The translations under genes were made by a program, and so were the position numbers. Below, piece by piece: positions 7,673 through 18,400 of a DNA stretch of 64,000 bases (within the stretch, counting starts at the first letter, position 1; each line of letters starts with the position of its first letter). The DNA is from Nannocystis pusilla (GTDB taxonomy: Bacteria; Myxococcota_A; Polyangia; Nannocystales; Nannocystaceae), in assembly GCF_049337375.1 (NCBI RefSeq), contig NZ_JBMPIV010000001.1; one strand, written 5' to 3'. The notes beneath the pieces were generated by a model. The model searched no databases. It was not told the origin of the DNA and saw only the letters and a list, made by a program, of their open reading frames with translations.

Positions 7673-8704
7673 CTACTGCGCCATCTGGATGCTCGAGATG
7701 TTGTCGTTGATGCCCGTGGTCATGAAACCGTCCGTCGGCAGCGAGTCGACCTTCGAGTGCGGCGGCAGCTGGAGGCTCCCCTGGGAGAACGAGGGGTGCC
7801 AGAAGGTGAGCAGCCGGCGCGCGCTGTTGTTGCGCATCGACGAGATGCTGTCGTTCTCGATGCCCATGCTCTCCGCGTTCGCGTACGACTCGTCGCCGGG
7901 CAGCACCACGCAGTCGCCGGTGCCGTGGGGGTTCTCGAACAGCGCGATCTCCCCCTCGCGCAGATCGTCGCACAGCTGCGAGCGGTTGGCCGGCTCGACC
8001 CGGATCGACGTGATCTTGTCGTTGAAGCCGCCGAGGCCCCCGGCCATCGTCCCGGGCGCGTAGGCGTTCCAGTCGCCGGCGAACACCGGGTCCTTGAAGA
8101 TCCGGGCCCGCACCGCGCTGCCGACCTTGATCGCGCTGATGGCGTCGTTACCGACCACCAAGTTGGCCGCGTAGGGATAGAAGCCCGCGACCAGCACGGC
8201 GCACTGGCCGGTGAAGTTGGGGTCGCGGTAGACGATGACCTCGTGCGGCAAAGGGTTGCGCGCGCAGTTGGTCGCGGCGGCGGTGAGGATCGAGTGCGGC
8301 CAGCCCTTCACCTCGGGCGGAGGCGGCGGCGGCGTCGGCTGGAACACGCCGCCCGTCGGGATGTTGACCGGGGGCTTGATGACATGGCCTGCGGGCGTCA
8401 TCGTCGGCGAGGTCGTCGGTGCCGTCGGCGTCACGCCCGGTTCCAGCGCGCCGCCCTGTTTCGGCACGTGGACGCCGGGCTTGTGGACCTTGCTCGCGGG
8501 CGCCGGCGCGGGCGTCGTCGGCGTGGCGCTCGGCGCCGGGGAGGGCGTCGTCGGCGTGACGCTCGGCTCCAGCGCGCCGCCCTCCTTCGGGGTGTGGACG
8601 CCGGGCTTGATGGGCTTGCCCGCGGACGCCGGCGAGGCGCCGACCAGGACAGCGGCGAGGAGGAGCAGCACGGAAGCAGCGCACCGATCGAACCGGACCA
8701 TCAT
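7673..8704 (-). CDS. Secreted beta/gamma-crystallin-fold protein (Protein S-like) with N-terminal Pro/Thr-rich tandem repeat
   Basis: Signal peptide MMVRFDRCAASVLLLLAAVLVGASPASA. Two copies of KPGVH.PK.GGALEP.VTPT. The C-terminal half has Greek-key signatures (VIVYRDPNFTGQCAVL...NDAISAIKV; IALFENPHGTGDCVVL...NDSISSMR; NDNISSIQM). Confidence 0.7.
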   Translation of the reverse strand: MMVRFDRCAASVLLLLAAVLVGASPASAGKPIKPGVHTPKEGGALEPSVTPTTPSPAPSATPTTPAPAPASKVHKPGVHVPKQGGALEPGVTPTAPTTSPTMTPAGHVIKPPVNIPTGGVFQPTPPPPPPEVKGWPHSILTAAATNCARNPLPHEVIVYRDPNFTGQCAVLVAGFYPYAANLVVGNDAISAIKVGSAVRARIFKDPVFAGDWNAYAPGTMAGGLGGFNDKITSIRVEPANRSQLCDDLREGEIALFENPHGTGDCVVLPGDESYANAESMGIENDSISSMRNNSARRLLTFWHPSFSQGSLQLPPHSKVDSLPTDGFMTTGINDNISSIQMAQ

Positions 8705-8993
8705 CGAATCTCCTGACGCGACTCGTCGAGACGCGGCGCGGCGCCGATCTCGACCGCCTCCAGGCTACCGCAAGCCGGGCGAGCGCCAATGCCCGCACAA
8801 TCGCGCAACGCCCCGCGAACGGGCTTTGGGGCCCCGTCGCGGCCGCGGACGCCCGACGTGAGCGCTCTCGGGGACCGGCCACCTCGCCGCCCGCAGGCGT
8901 CGGCACGGGCGCGCACGCGCCCGCGCGAGGTCGCCAGTGAATGATGGCAGAGGCCGCTCGCGGCGGTGCCGGTCGACGAGCGCACGCTGGATG

Positions 8994-9111
8994 GAAGATG
9001 TCCTGAAAGACATGCTTGCATCGATGACGACAACAGGGCCGCTCGCGCCGCTCATGCCGCGGCCAGCCTTCGCATGCTCGCATGGACATGTCTTGAAGGC
9101 CATGCGATGCC
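8994..9111. repeat. Two arrays of 14-bp CATGTCC-type units (8994..9021 gATGTCCtgaaaga/CATGCTTgcatcga; 9070..9111 CATGCTCgcatgga/CATGTCTtgaaggc/CATGCGAtgcctcg)
   Basis: Direct reading. Lies in the intergenic region between the crystallin-like and YdeI-like genes. Confidence 0.5.
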
Positions 9112-9126
9112 TCGGAGGGCGGAGGC

Positions 9127-9420
9127 TCACCCACCCGTTCGCTCGCGGTGCTTGCACCCAGGCCAGCAGCAGGGCCGGCGCTGGCCCTCTTCCAGCTCCT
9201 CTCGAGTCCTGCGAATGCGGCGCTCTCGCGTCTCCGCTTGCTTCGCGTCCTCGACCCAGCAGATGAACTCGTTGCGTGCCAGGGGGGTGATGTCCCTCCA
9301 GGCAGCAAGCGCCGTGGAGCTTGCGATCAGCGCCTCACGCAGGTCTTCAGGGAGTTTGTGCACCACCCCGCCGGGTACGCGCTTGCTGGTCACGGAGAAG
9401 AGTAGGAGCGCAAGGGCCAC
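9127..9420 (-). CDS. YdeI/OmpD-associated family protein (short form)
   Basis: ...LPEDLREALIASSTALAAWRDITPLARNEFICWVEDAKQAETRERRIRRTREELEEG matches the conserved C-terminal region of YdeI/OmpD-associated proteins. N-terminal extent is uncertain. Confidence 0.55.
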   Translation of the reverse strand: MALALLLFSVTSKRVPGGVVHKLPEDLREALIASSTALAAWRDITPLARNEFICWVEDAKQAETRERRIRRTREELEEGQRRPCCWPGCKHRERTGG

Positions 9421-9658
9421 CGGCGGTCAAGCCGTTCGCTGCCGCTTTGCACGTCCTCGCTTCGCATGGGCGCGGCCACGGAGCCGAGGCGACGAGCTGG
9501 ACTTCCGCGCGAGGCCGCAGGAGCAGCGACGACCGGCCCAGGCACACGCCAGGCCGGGCGGGCCTGATGACGCCGGCCACCGGACGCCGGCGCGAGTACC
9601 GGCGTACGGGGGCAGTGGTTCGTCAGACCATGTTCATCGCGCCCCGTGGATCACGCGA

Positions 9659-11839
9659 TCACTGCAGGCCGGCGGTCAGCGTGTAGTTCCCGGCGCCGGC
9701 GTACGACGCTACCGTATACGAGTAGTAGCCCGCGGTGCCGACGTAGGAGATCGACTCGCTCGACGTCGCATTCTCGGACTTGGCGACCTGGGCCCACGCG
9801 CTGCCGTTCCACTTGAAGAGGTACAGATCGAAGTCCGTCCCGTTCGGCCCGGTCAGGCAGGCCTTGTGCGTCTTGGTCGCGGTCGTCTGATAGTACGAGC
9901 CGTTCGGCTGGGCCTGCTGAGCCCCCGCGCCGGACAGGGTGCCCTGGTATTGCGTGCCGGAGCAGCTCCCGCCGCCGCCGCCACCGCCGCCGCCCGGGTC
10001 GCCAGGCACGCCGACGGCGGTCCACGCCGCGTGGACCGCAGCGACCTCCGCCGAGGCCGCTCCATGGATCACCGTGGCCGCCTGGGCCGTCGCGTTGCGG
10101 GCGTCCTGGAAGGTCGCGTTGGCCGGCAGATAGGTCGCCAGGGCGTCGTAGAAGATCTTGCTCGCCTTGGTGATCCCGATGCCCGCGACGTTGTTGGCCG
10201 TCTTGCCGCGCGGGTGGACCCCGCCGGTGACCAGCAGCTTGAACGCCAGGTTGGCGATGCCCGAGTTCAGGTGCACGCCGCCGTTGTCCTCGCTGCCCTG
10301 GTAGCGGGTCGGCCAATAGTCATACGACATCCCGTCCTTGATCGGGTCGTCCATGTAGCGCATCGCGTCCCCGGAAACGCTCGGCGTGAAAGACGCCTCG
10401 GCCAGCTTCCACGTCGCCGCCGAGACCACGCCGCCGGCGACGTGGGCCTGCAACGAGGCCGCCATGATGTCGGAGAAGGCCTCGTTGAGCGCGCCGGACT
10501 GGTTCTGGTAGACGAGGTTCGCCTCGTACTGGGTGACCGCGTGGGTCAGCTCGTGGGCGACGATGTCGAGGTCGCGCGCGAGCGACGAGAAGTACTGCCC
10601 GCTGCCGTCGCCGTAGACCATCTGTTGGCCGTTCCAGAACGCGTTGTCGAAGGCGACGCTGAAGTGCACCGTCGAGTGGATCGTCGCGCCGGCGCCGTTG
10701 AACGAGTCGCGGCCGAACCGATCCTTGTAGAAGTTGTAGGTCGTGCCCGCGTAGGTGAAGGCGTCCTTGGCCGAGAGGTCGGACGAGCTGCCCGGGTTGG
10801 CGATCTCGGAGCCGGGCAAGCTCTCGCCCTTCTTGGCGTCGTAGACCTTGCGCACCAGCGCCCGGTGGTGCTGCGGGTGGCGCGTCACGAGCTGTCCGGT
10901 CCGGGCGTCGGCGAACACGAGGTCGCGCTCGGGCCCGTCGGCGCTGGTGTAGGTCACCTCGGCCATCCACGCGAGCGCCACCGAATCCTCGGTGACCACA
11001 TAGACGAGGTCGGGTGCGTCGGTGCCGACCGCGTCGGCCGGGAGACCGGTCAACACCGTCGCCAGCGCCGTCTCGCCGTCGACCTCGGGCTCGCTCGCCA
11101 GATCCTCGTCGGCGATGAACCGCCCGCTCACCGCGTGCACGCGCCCGCTGACCCCGTCGGCGTGAACCGTCAGCTCGCCGCCGATGACCGGCAGGTCGTG
11201 CAGGTACTGCTGGAACTTCACGTGGACCTGGCCACGGTCGTCGCTCTTCACGCGCAGCGGCTCGAGGTCGGTCGCAGCGTGCATGCGGAACACCGGCGCG
11301 ACATCCTGCAGGAATGTCTGCGCCGCCGCCTGCGGCTCGCCCTTCGGCAGGAACCCGAGGTCGCCCGCGACCAGCGACGGCACCCCGTCGCCCGCGGTCA
11401 CGACCTGATCGATCCGCGGCAGTCGTGACAGCGCCGTCTCCTGCGCCACCATCAGCGTGGTCGGACGCACCTTCGCCGCGTCGGTGACCATCCCGGCGTC
11501 GACCAGGAAGCTGTCGCCCAGCTCGAGCCGCGCCGGGATCACGCCCCACGCCTCGCCGCGGCGCGCCAGCAGGTCGTGCAGCCGCGCGCGGCGGCCGTCT
11601 TCACCGACCACGACGACCCTGGTGAAGTCGATCGGCCCGGCCGCGAACGAGAACCGCACCGCCTCCACCCCCAGGTCGAGCTCGAGCACGCCTGCCGCCC
11701 CGAGCCCCTCGAGATCCTCGGCGGTGACGATGCGCTCCGCCGTGGCGACATCATCTCCCGCTGCACCACCTCCTTCGTAGCAGGCCGACAGCAGGAAACA
11801 CGAGACGATCGACGAGACGACTCCAGCGGTACGAAGCAT
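9659..11839 (-). CDS. M4 (thermolysin) family secreted metalloprotease lipoprotein with C-terminal pre-peptidase (PPC) domain
   Basis: Start MLRTAGVVSSIVSCFLLSAC (lipobox) 8 nt after GGAGGAGG. Contains VAHELTHAV (HEXXH), NEAFSD and the GGVH.NSGI motif. A Gly10 linker precedes a C-terminal domain with FDLYLFKWNGSAW that looks like PPC. Confidence 0.85.
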   Translation of the reverse strand: MLRTAGVVSSIVSCFLLSACYEGGGAAGDDVATAERIVTAEDLEGLGAAGVLELDLGVEAVRFSFAAGPIDFTRVVVVGEDGRRARLHDLLARRGEAWGVIPARLELGDSFLVDAGMVTDAAKVRPTTLMVAQETALSRLPRIDQVVTAGDGVPSLVAGDLGFLPKGEPQAAAQTFLQDVAPVFRMHAATDLEPLRVKSDDRGQVHVKFQQYLHDLPVIGGELTVHADGVSGRVHAVSGRFIADEDLASEPEVDGETALATVLTGLPADAVGTDAPDLVYVVTEDSVALAWMAEVTYTSADGPERDLVFADARTGQLVTRHPQHHRALVRKVYDAKKGESLPGSEIANPGSSSDLSAKDAFTYAGTTYNFYKDRFGRDSFNGAGATIHSTVHFSVAFDNAFWNGQQMVYGDGSGQYFSSLARDLDIVAHELTHAVTQYEANLVYQNQSGALNEAFSDIMAASLQAHVAGGVVSAATWKLAEASFTPSVSGDAMRYMDDPIKDGMSYDYWPTRYQGSEDNGGVHLNSGIANLAFKLLVTGGVHPRGKTANNVAGIGITKASKIFYDALATYLPANATFQDARNATAQAATVIHGAASAEVAAVHAAWTAVGVPGDPGGGGGGGGGSCSGTQYQGTLSGAGAQQAQPNGSYYQTTATKTHKACLTGPNGTDFDLYLFKWNGSAWAQVAKSENATSSESISYVGTAGYYSYTVASYAGAGNYTLTAGLQ

Positions 11840-11883
11840 GCACATTCCTCCTCCAGCGGGCATTCAGGGCCCATGCGAATGGC

Positions 11884-11925
11884 CCTGTCCCGTGGAACAT
11901 GTCCGAAGCACCCTTGCCCAGAGGC
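11884..11925. repeat. Three 14-bp units (cCTGTCCcgtggaa / CATGTCCgaagcac / cCTTGCCcagaggc) next to hairpin AGGGCC-n9-GGCCCT
   Basis: Direct reading. Lies 45 bp upstream of the M4 protease start. Confidence 0.4.
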
Positions 11926-13160
11926 AAGGACGGGGTCAGCACGACCCCTATGACAGCAGCACCATACCAGAGGTGACCTGTATCCACAATCTCCCGCGCC
12001 GACCACGACTCGGTGCAGGTCGCCCCGCGGGGCGACGCGTCTCGGAGCGCGTGGCGGCCCGCTGCGAGCCAAAACTTCTGCGAAGGCGCCGGCCCCCGAG
12101 ACGGCGCGCGCTCGCTCGGCCCCTCGCAGGGCCGGTGTGCGCTTGGCCGGGTGCTCGGCGAATGCGCAGGCCCGCAGTGGCCGTCGCGTGCCCGGGAGGC
12201 GCTCGGCGAATGTGGGGCGGGGCCACCACGAGCACGAACGGTCGGGGCTGCCGACCCCAGATGCGGGCTGAAGGCCGTAGGAGGCGGGCTCGGCCCTCGA
12301 TCCTTCACGTCGATGCGCGTCCATACTCTCGCCTCGCTCGCGCTCCTCTCTCTCTTCTCGGAGTGCTGGATGCGCGCTCGTACGACCCGAACGGTCTGGG
12401 CCATGCAGCCCGATGAACGTGCACGGGCCTTCTGCGGGGAGCGAGAACTGCTTCGATTCGGCGGCTCGTTCGCCCTCGCGGTGCGTCTGCCCCGTGAGTA
12501 GAGCGGCTCCACGTGGCCTCACGAGACATGCTCGGAGAGCCCGTTGTGGAGCACCCAGTGGCGATGGCCTTCACCTCGACGGAACACGCGTCAATCTGCA
12601 CGTCGTGAGGCGCGGCGAAGACGGTGGCGACTTGGTGCGTCTCGCACGAGAGCGATCCGGACATCAATCGTCGGGAGGATGATCGGGTCGGCGAGCTGCA
12701 GCGAATCGCGCGACCGATTGCGGGCGTACCTGCTTTTCGTCCGCGGTGGAGCGGCGACCTGAATCGCCCACGAATCGATTCGACCGGGGGTCGACCGATC
12801 GCTTCGATTCGCGTCACGCCGCCGATCCCAGTGAACCATCGCAGACGCGATCGTCGTCCGCGCGGGCGCGAACCTGCTCGCGGCATCCCGGGCAGGCACA
12901 GCGGGCGGGCGGTGGCTCCGATCGGCGGCGAACTCGTACACCGCGCCGCGGCCGCGGCGCCGTCGGGTGATCTTGACATAGAGGCGGGTCTCGTGGACAA
13001 CCGACTCCGATGATCGGAGGGCCGACCTTGCCATGAGGCAGGCGCTGTTCGCTCCTGCGTCATGGCACGGGAGACTCTCCACATATGAGTACGGGGATTC
13101 GTCGACAGGCGGCCCCCCGCAGCGAGAGCTCCCAAACACGGTCGCGCAAGGGAGGACCAG

Positions 13161-14336
13161 GTGCTGAGTTACGAGAAGATGTTCCAGTCCTCGGCAGGAC
13201 TTTTGGCCACCGTGGACGCGAGCGGCCACTTCCGCGCCCTGAATCCGACATGGGAGCGGATCCTCGGCTGGTCCCTCGACGAGCTGAGGAGCAAGCCGTT
13301 CATCGAGTTCGTCCATCCGAGCGACCGCGAGGCCACGCTCACCGAGGTGGCCAATCTCCTCCAGGGCAACCCGGTCGAGCGGTTCGACAACCGCTACCTG
13401 TGCAAGGACGGCTCGTACAGGTGGCTCGGCTGGGCCGCGCGGGTGGACGCAGGGGACGAGCCGTCGGAGCAGCTCATCCATGCGACGGCGATCGACGTGA
13501 CGCGAGACCGGGAGCGGCTGGCGCAGCTCGATCCCAGGCTGCAGGACGCCAAGGTCTACGAGAAGTTGTTCCGGGTCTCGGTGGGCCTCCTCGTCACCCT
13601 GGACGCGAACGGTTATTTCCGCCACGCCAACCCGGCGTGGGGGCGTCTCCTCGGCTGGAGCCCCGAGGAGATGACGGCGAGGCCGTTCATCGAGTTCGTC
13701 CATCCCGACGACCGCCCGGCGACGGTCGCGGAGGCCGCGGCCCTGTTCGAGGGCAAGATGACGATCCGCTTCGACAACCGCTATCAATGCAAGGACGGCA
13801 CCTACAAGTGGCTCGCCTGGACGGCCTACTTGGATCCGAACGAGGACGAGTCGACCCGGCTCGTGTACGGCACGGCCCATGACGTCACCTCGTACAAGGA
13901 GCTCCTCGGCGAGTTCGAGCGGACGCTCGCGCGGCTCCGCGACACGATGGAGGCGATGTCGACGCCGTTCATCCCGATCACCGAGCGGATCGTGGTCATG
14001 CCGCTCGTGGGCCAGATGGACGCGGACCGGATCCACCAGGTGATGACCGTCGCGCTCGAAGGCGTGCAGGCGACCCACGTCCAGGTGGTCATCCTCGACG
14101 TGACGGGATTGCGCGACCTCGACACTCGTGTGGCGCGCGCGCTGCTCGACACCGCCAAGGGGCTGCAGCTGCTCGGTGCGCAGACGATTTTGACCGGAAT
14201 CCGGCCGTCCGTCGCGCAGACGCTCGTCGGTCTCGGGCTCGACCTGGGCAGCATCGTCACCAAGGGGACCCTCCAGAGCGCGATCGCGTCGGCGCTGAAG
14301 AACGACCTGGTCTCGGGCAAGCCCGACCTCGTCTGA
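13161..14336 (+). CDS. PAS-PAS-STAS protein (RsbR-like anti-sigma-factor-antagonist-domain sensor)
   Basis: Two PAS-like blocks (FIEFVHPSDREAT...RFDNRYLCKDGSYRWL and FIEFVHPDDRPAT...RFDNRYQCKDGTYKWL). C-terminal STAS domain (TPFIPITERIVVMPLVGQMDADR...LLGAQTILTGIRPSVAQTL). GTG start is preceded by GGGAGGA. Confidence 0.8.
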   Translation: MLSYEKMFQSSAGLLATVDASGHFRALNPTWERILGWSLDELRSKPFIEFVHPSDREATLTEVANLLQGNPVERFDNRYLCKDGSYRWLGWAARVDAGDEPSEQLIHATAIDVTRDRERLAQLDPRLQDAKVYEKLFRVSVGLLVTLDANGYFRHANPAWGRLLGWSPEEMTARPFIEFVHPDDRPATVAEAAALFEGKMTIRFDNRYQCKDGTYKWLAWTAYLDPNEDESTRLVYGTAHDVTSYKELLGEFERTLARLRDTMEAMSTPFIPITERIVVMPLVGQMDADRIHQVMTVALEGVQATHVQVVILDVTGLRDLDTRVARALLDTAKGLQLLGAQTILTGIRPSVAQTLVGLGLDLGSIVTKGTLQSAIASALKNDLVSGKPDLV

Positions 14337-14407
14337 TCGCCCTGTACCGGCGATGTCCCGCGCTCGCGCGCGTTGACACGATCCGCGGAACGGGTGAAAC
14401 ATCGCGC

Positions 14408-14767
14408 ATGGTTTTGGTCCCCGAGACTCACCTGTTCTCCTGCGCCGGATGCGACGAGCTGGTACGCGCCGCCGAGCCGGTCTGTCCCCACTGCGGCCTG
14501 TCGCGGTCCCGCGCGGAGCGCACGGGCCCGTTGGTCGCGCTGGCCGCCGCTCTCGTGGTCTCCGCCTGTACCACCGGCCAGCCCGCATACGGCGGGCCTG
14601 ACACCGATTCGGAGGGTACGGAGGTGACGACGACGGACGCGACGACGACGGACGCGACGACGACGGACGCGGCGACGACGGACGCGACGACGACGGACGC
14701 TACGGGCACGACGGCACCGACGACGGGCACGGGCTCGGAGGCGACCACCGACGACACGACCGGGTAG
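14408..14767 (+). CDS. Small membrane protein: N-terminal Cys4 zinc-ribbon, one TM segment, then (TTTDA)x5 repeat tail
   Basis: CAGC...CPHC, hydrophobic PLVALAAALVVSAC, and five tandem 15-bp repeats (14627..14701). GC3 is consistent with coding. Same architecture class as the TerB-like protein at 20899..21558. Confidence 0.45.
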   Translation: MVLVPETHLFSCAGCDELVRAAEPVCPHCGLSRSRAERTGPLVALAAALVVSACTTGQPAYGGPDTDSEGTEVTTTDATTTDATTTDAATTDATTTDATGTTAPTTGTGSEATTDDTTG

Positions 14768-15461
14768 CTGCGCACGGCGTCGATCGACCTCGTGCTTGTC
14801 GGCTGCGCATTCGCGACGCCCTGGGCGAGACCGTTTGCGCCGCTCGCCCGCGTGAAATTTTCGCTCGGATTCACCGACCGCGAGGAGCGGGGTAGGTGGT
14901 GCGACTGCACGTCGAATGCAGCGTCGTACGCGGGACCGGCGGACGACGTCGGTCCGGTGATTCGAGCAATCGAGTCACCACGTCCTGAATGGACTGCCTC
15001 GCACCCTGATGATTGCCACCCCATGGATCGGCCTCGCTCGGGATGCCCCGGAGGAACTAGCGACGGCAGCGGCCGAGGACGACGTCTCCTCGCCCGTCGC
15101 TCGCGCTGCAGCCCACTGTCGACGCGATCCGCCGAGAGATGCGCGCTGCCGCGGGCCGTCATGCCACTGCAGAGGCCGTCGGAGGCCTCGCGCGTCGCCC
15201 ACGGTTGCGCATGGCGGCCTCGTCGGAGGCGCGCTCGGTTGCCATCTCGGGCGTCTGTTCAGCGCCCGTTTTGAGGTTTGGGCCGCCGTGGCGAGCTCAG
15301 AGGGATGGCGGAAATTGCGCCCTGCAGTCGCGCGCCGCTCGCAGCGAGGGTGGCGATTCCCTTCACGCGGTCGAAGGGCATCTCTGGCCGGTGAGTCTCC
15401 GCAAGGATCGTGATTCCCGGGCGTACCGCGGCTCCGGACTTCGGTGCGGTAATGGAGAGCC

Positions 15462-18400
15462 ATGGTGCTTGACTCGGATGTCTCCGCCGGCCGCTCGGGC
15501 AGGTTGCACGTGCTCGCCGGTGGCGGCGAGATGGGCGCGCGCATGCGGGAGATCGACTGGGCGAAGACGCCGCTCGGCCCCGTCGACGCCTGGCCGCAGA
15601 GCCTCAAGACCTGCGTCCGCATCATCCTGACCTCGCTCCAGCCGATGTTCGTCTGGTGGGGCGACGAGCTCATCAACCTGTACAACGACGCCTACAAGTC
15701 GATCGTCGGCGGCAAGCACCCGGAGGCGCTGGGACAGCCCGCCTCCGCCGTGTGGCGCGAGATCTGGGATCAGGTCGGGCCGCGCGCCGCGTCGGCGATG
15801 CGCCTCAACGAGGGCACGTACGACGAGGCGCTGCTGCTGATCATGGAGCGCTACGGCTACCCCGAGGAGACGTACTACACGTTCTCCTACAGCCCGGTGC
15901 CGAACGACCAGGGCGGGACCGGCGGGATCATCTGCGCCAACACCGACGATACGCAGCGGATCATCGGTGAGCGCCAGCTCGCCCTGCTGCGCGAGCTGGC
16001 CGCCCGCACGACCGAGGCGCGCACGTGGGAAGAGGTGTGCGTCCGCGGTGCGGCGTCGCTGCAGACCAACCCGAAGGACCTGCCGTTCGCGCTGATCTAC
16101 ATCGCCGACGCCGACCGGCGCCGCGTGCAGCTGGCGGGGGCAGCCGGGCTCCCGCGCGGCCACGCCGGCGCGCCGGAGGTCGTGTCGACGCTCGAGGACT
16201 CGGTGTGGCCGTTCGCCGAGGCGCTGCACGGGCACGAGCGCGTCATCGAGATACCGCCTGTCCTCGGGGACATCCCCACCGGCGCCTGGCCGCGACCGCC
16301 GACGCACGCCGTCGCCCTGCCGATCGCCCCGTCGGGGGAGACCGGTCGCGCCGGGGTCTTGCTCGTCGGGCTGAGCCCGTTCCGCAAGCTCGACGACAAC
16401 TACCGCGGCTTCTTGCAGCTGGTCGCCGGGCAGCTCGCGGCCAGCATCGCCAACGCGCAGGCCTACGAGGAGGAGCGGCGGCGGGCCGAGGCGCTGGCCG
16501 AGCTCGATCGCGCCAAGACGATCTTCTTCAGCAACGTCAGCCACGAGTTCCGCACGCCGCTGACGCTGATGCTCGGCCCGCTCGAGGACGCGCTCTCGGC
16601 GGCGAAGCGCCGGCTCGAGGGCGCCGACCTCGACACCGCGTACCGCAACGCCGTCCGCCTGCTCAAGCTCGTCAACGTGCTGCTCGACTTCTCGCGCATC
16701 GAGGCCGGGCGGATCCAGGCGTCGTACGAGCCGATCGATCTGTCGGCCCTGACGACCGACCTGGCGAGCGCCTTCCGCTCGGCCGTCGAGCGCGCCGGTC
16801 TCGTCTTCGACGTCGACTGTCCGCCGCTCTCCGAGCCGATCCACGTCGACCACGACATGTGGGAGAAGATCGTGCTCAACCTGCTGTCGAACGCGCTCAA
16901 GTTCACGTTCGAGGGCACGATCGCGGTCGCGCTGCGCCTGCGCGGCGACCTGGTCGAGCTGACCGTACGCGACACTGGCACCGGCATCCCGGAGCACGAG
17001 CTGCCGCACCTGTTCCGGCGCTTTCATCGGGTCCAGGGCGCGCGCTCACGGACCCACGAGGGCTCGGGGATCGGGCTCGCGCTGGTCCACGAGCTCGTGC
17101 GCCTGCACGAAGGGACGATCCACGTCACCAGCGAGGTCGGCGTCGGCACGACGTTCACGGTGGCGATCCCACGCGGCCACGCGCACCTGCCCGCGGAAAA
17201 GATCAACCTCCGCCGCACCCAGGTGTCGTCGGCCACCGGCGCGGCGCCGTACGTGCAGGAGGCGCTGCGCTGGCTGGCCGGCCCGCAGCAAGGCGACGAC
17301 GACCTCGCCGCGGACGCGCTGGGAGCCGCCTCCGATCCGGCGCTCGAAGCCGGACCGCCGGCGCGGATCCTGCTCGCCGACGACAACGCCGACATGCGCG
17401 ACTACGTCGGCCGCGTGCTGCAGCAGCGGTGGATCGTCGACGCCGTCCCCGACGGCGCCGTCGCGTTCGCGGCGGCGCTGGAGCACCCCCCCGACCTCGT
17501 CTTGACCGACGTCATGATGCCGAACCTCGACGGCTTCGGCCTGCTCCGCGCGCTGCGCGAGGACCCGCGCACGCGGCGGATCCCGGTGCTGATGCTGTCG
17601 GCGCGCGCAGGCGAGGAGTCGCGCGTCGAGGGCCTCGAGGCCGGCGCCGACGACTACCTCGTCAAGCCGTTCTCCGCGCGCGAGCTGGTCGCCCGCGTCG
17701 CTACTCACCTGCAGATCGCCCGCCTGCGCGCCGCCGCGGAGCGCGAGCGCGAGAAGCTGTACGACCTGTTCATGCAGGCGCCGGTGCCGATCGCCGTGTT
17801 CGTCGGTCCGGAGCACCGCTACGAGGTCGCCAACCCGCCGTACTGCGAGATGCTCGGGCGCCCGGAGCTGGTCGGCCAGACCGTGCGCGAGGCGTTCCCG
17901 GAGATCGGCGAGCACGCCATGATCACGTCGCTCGACGCCGTGGTGGCGACCGGCCGACCCGTGCACGTGTTCGAGCTCAACATCCCGGTCATGCGCCACG
18001 GCGTCATCCGGGACGCTTACTTCAACTACGTGGCGCAGCCGATCCGCGCCCCGAGCGACGCGGTCACCGGCGCCATGGTCGTCGCCTTCGAGGTCACCGA
18101 GCAGGTGCTCGCGCGTCAACGGGTCGAGCGGCTCTCCGAGGAGCTGGCGCTGTCGAACAAGGAGCTCGACCAGTTCGCCTACGTCGCCTCGCACGACCTC
18201 AAGGCGCCGCTGCGGGGGATCGCCAGCCTGTCGCAGTGGATCGAGGAGGCGCTCGCCGACAAGATCGACGAGGAGTCGCAGCGGCACATGCACCTGCTGC
18301 GCAGGCGCGTGCTCCGGCTCGAGACGCTGATCGACGGGATCCTCCACTACTCGCGCGCCGGCCGCATGCGCGTCGACGCGGTCAACGTCGACACCGGACA

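Noticed and set aside
12591-14588. 665-aa minus-strand ORF spanning the PAS-PAS-STAS gene
   Set aside because: It is antisense to a gene with clear PAS and STAS motifs and has Arg-rich composition.
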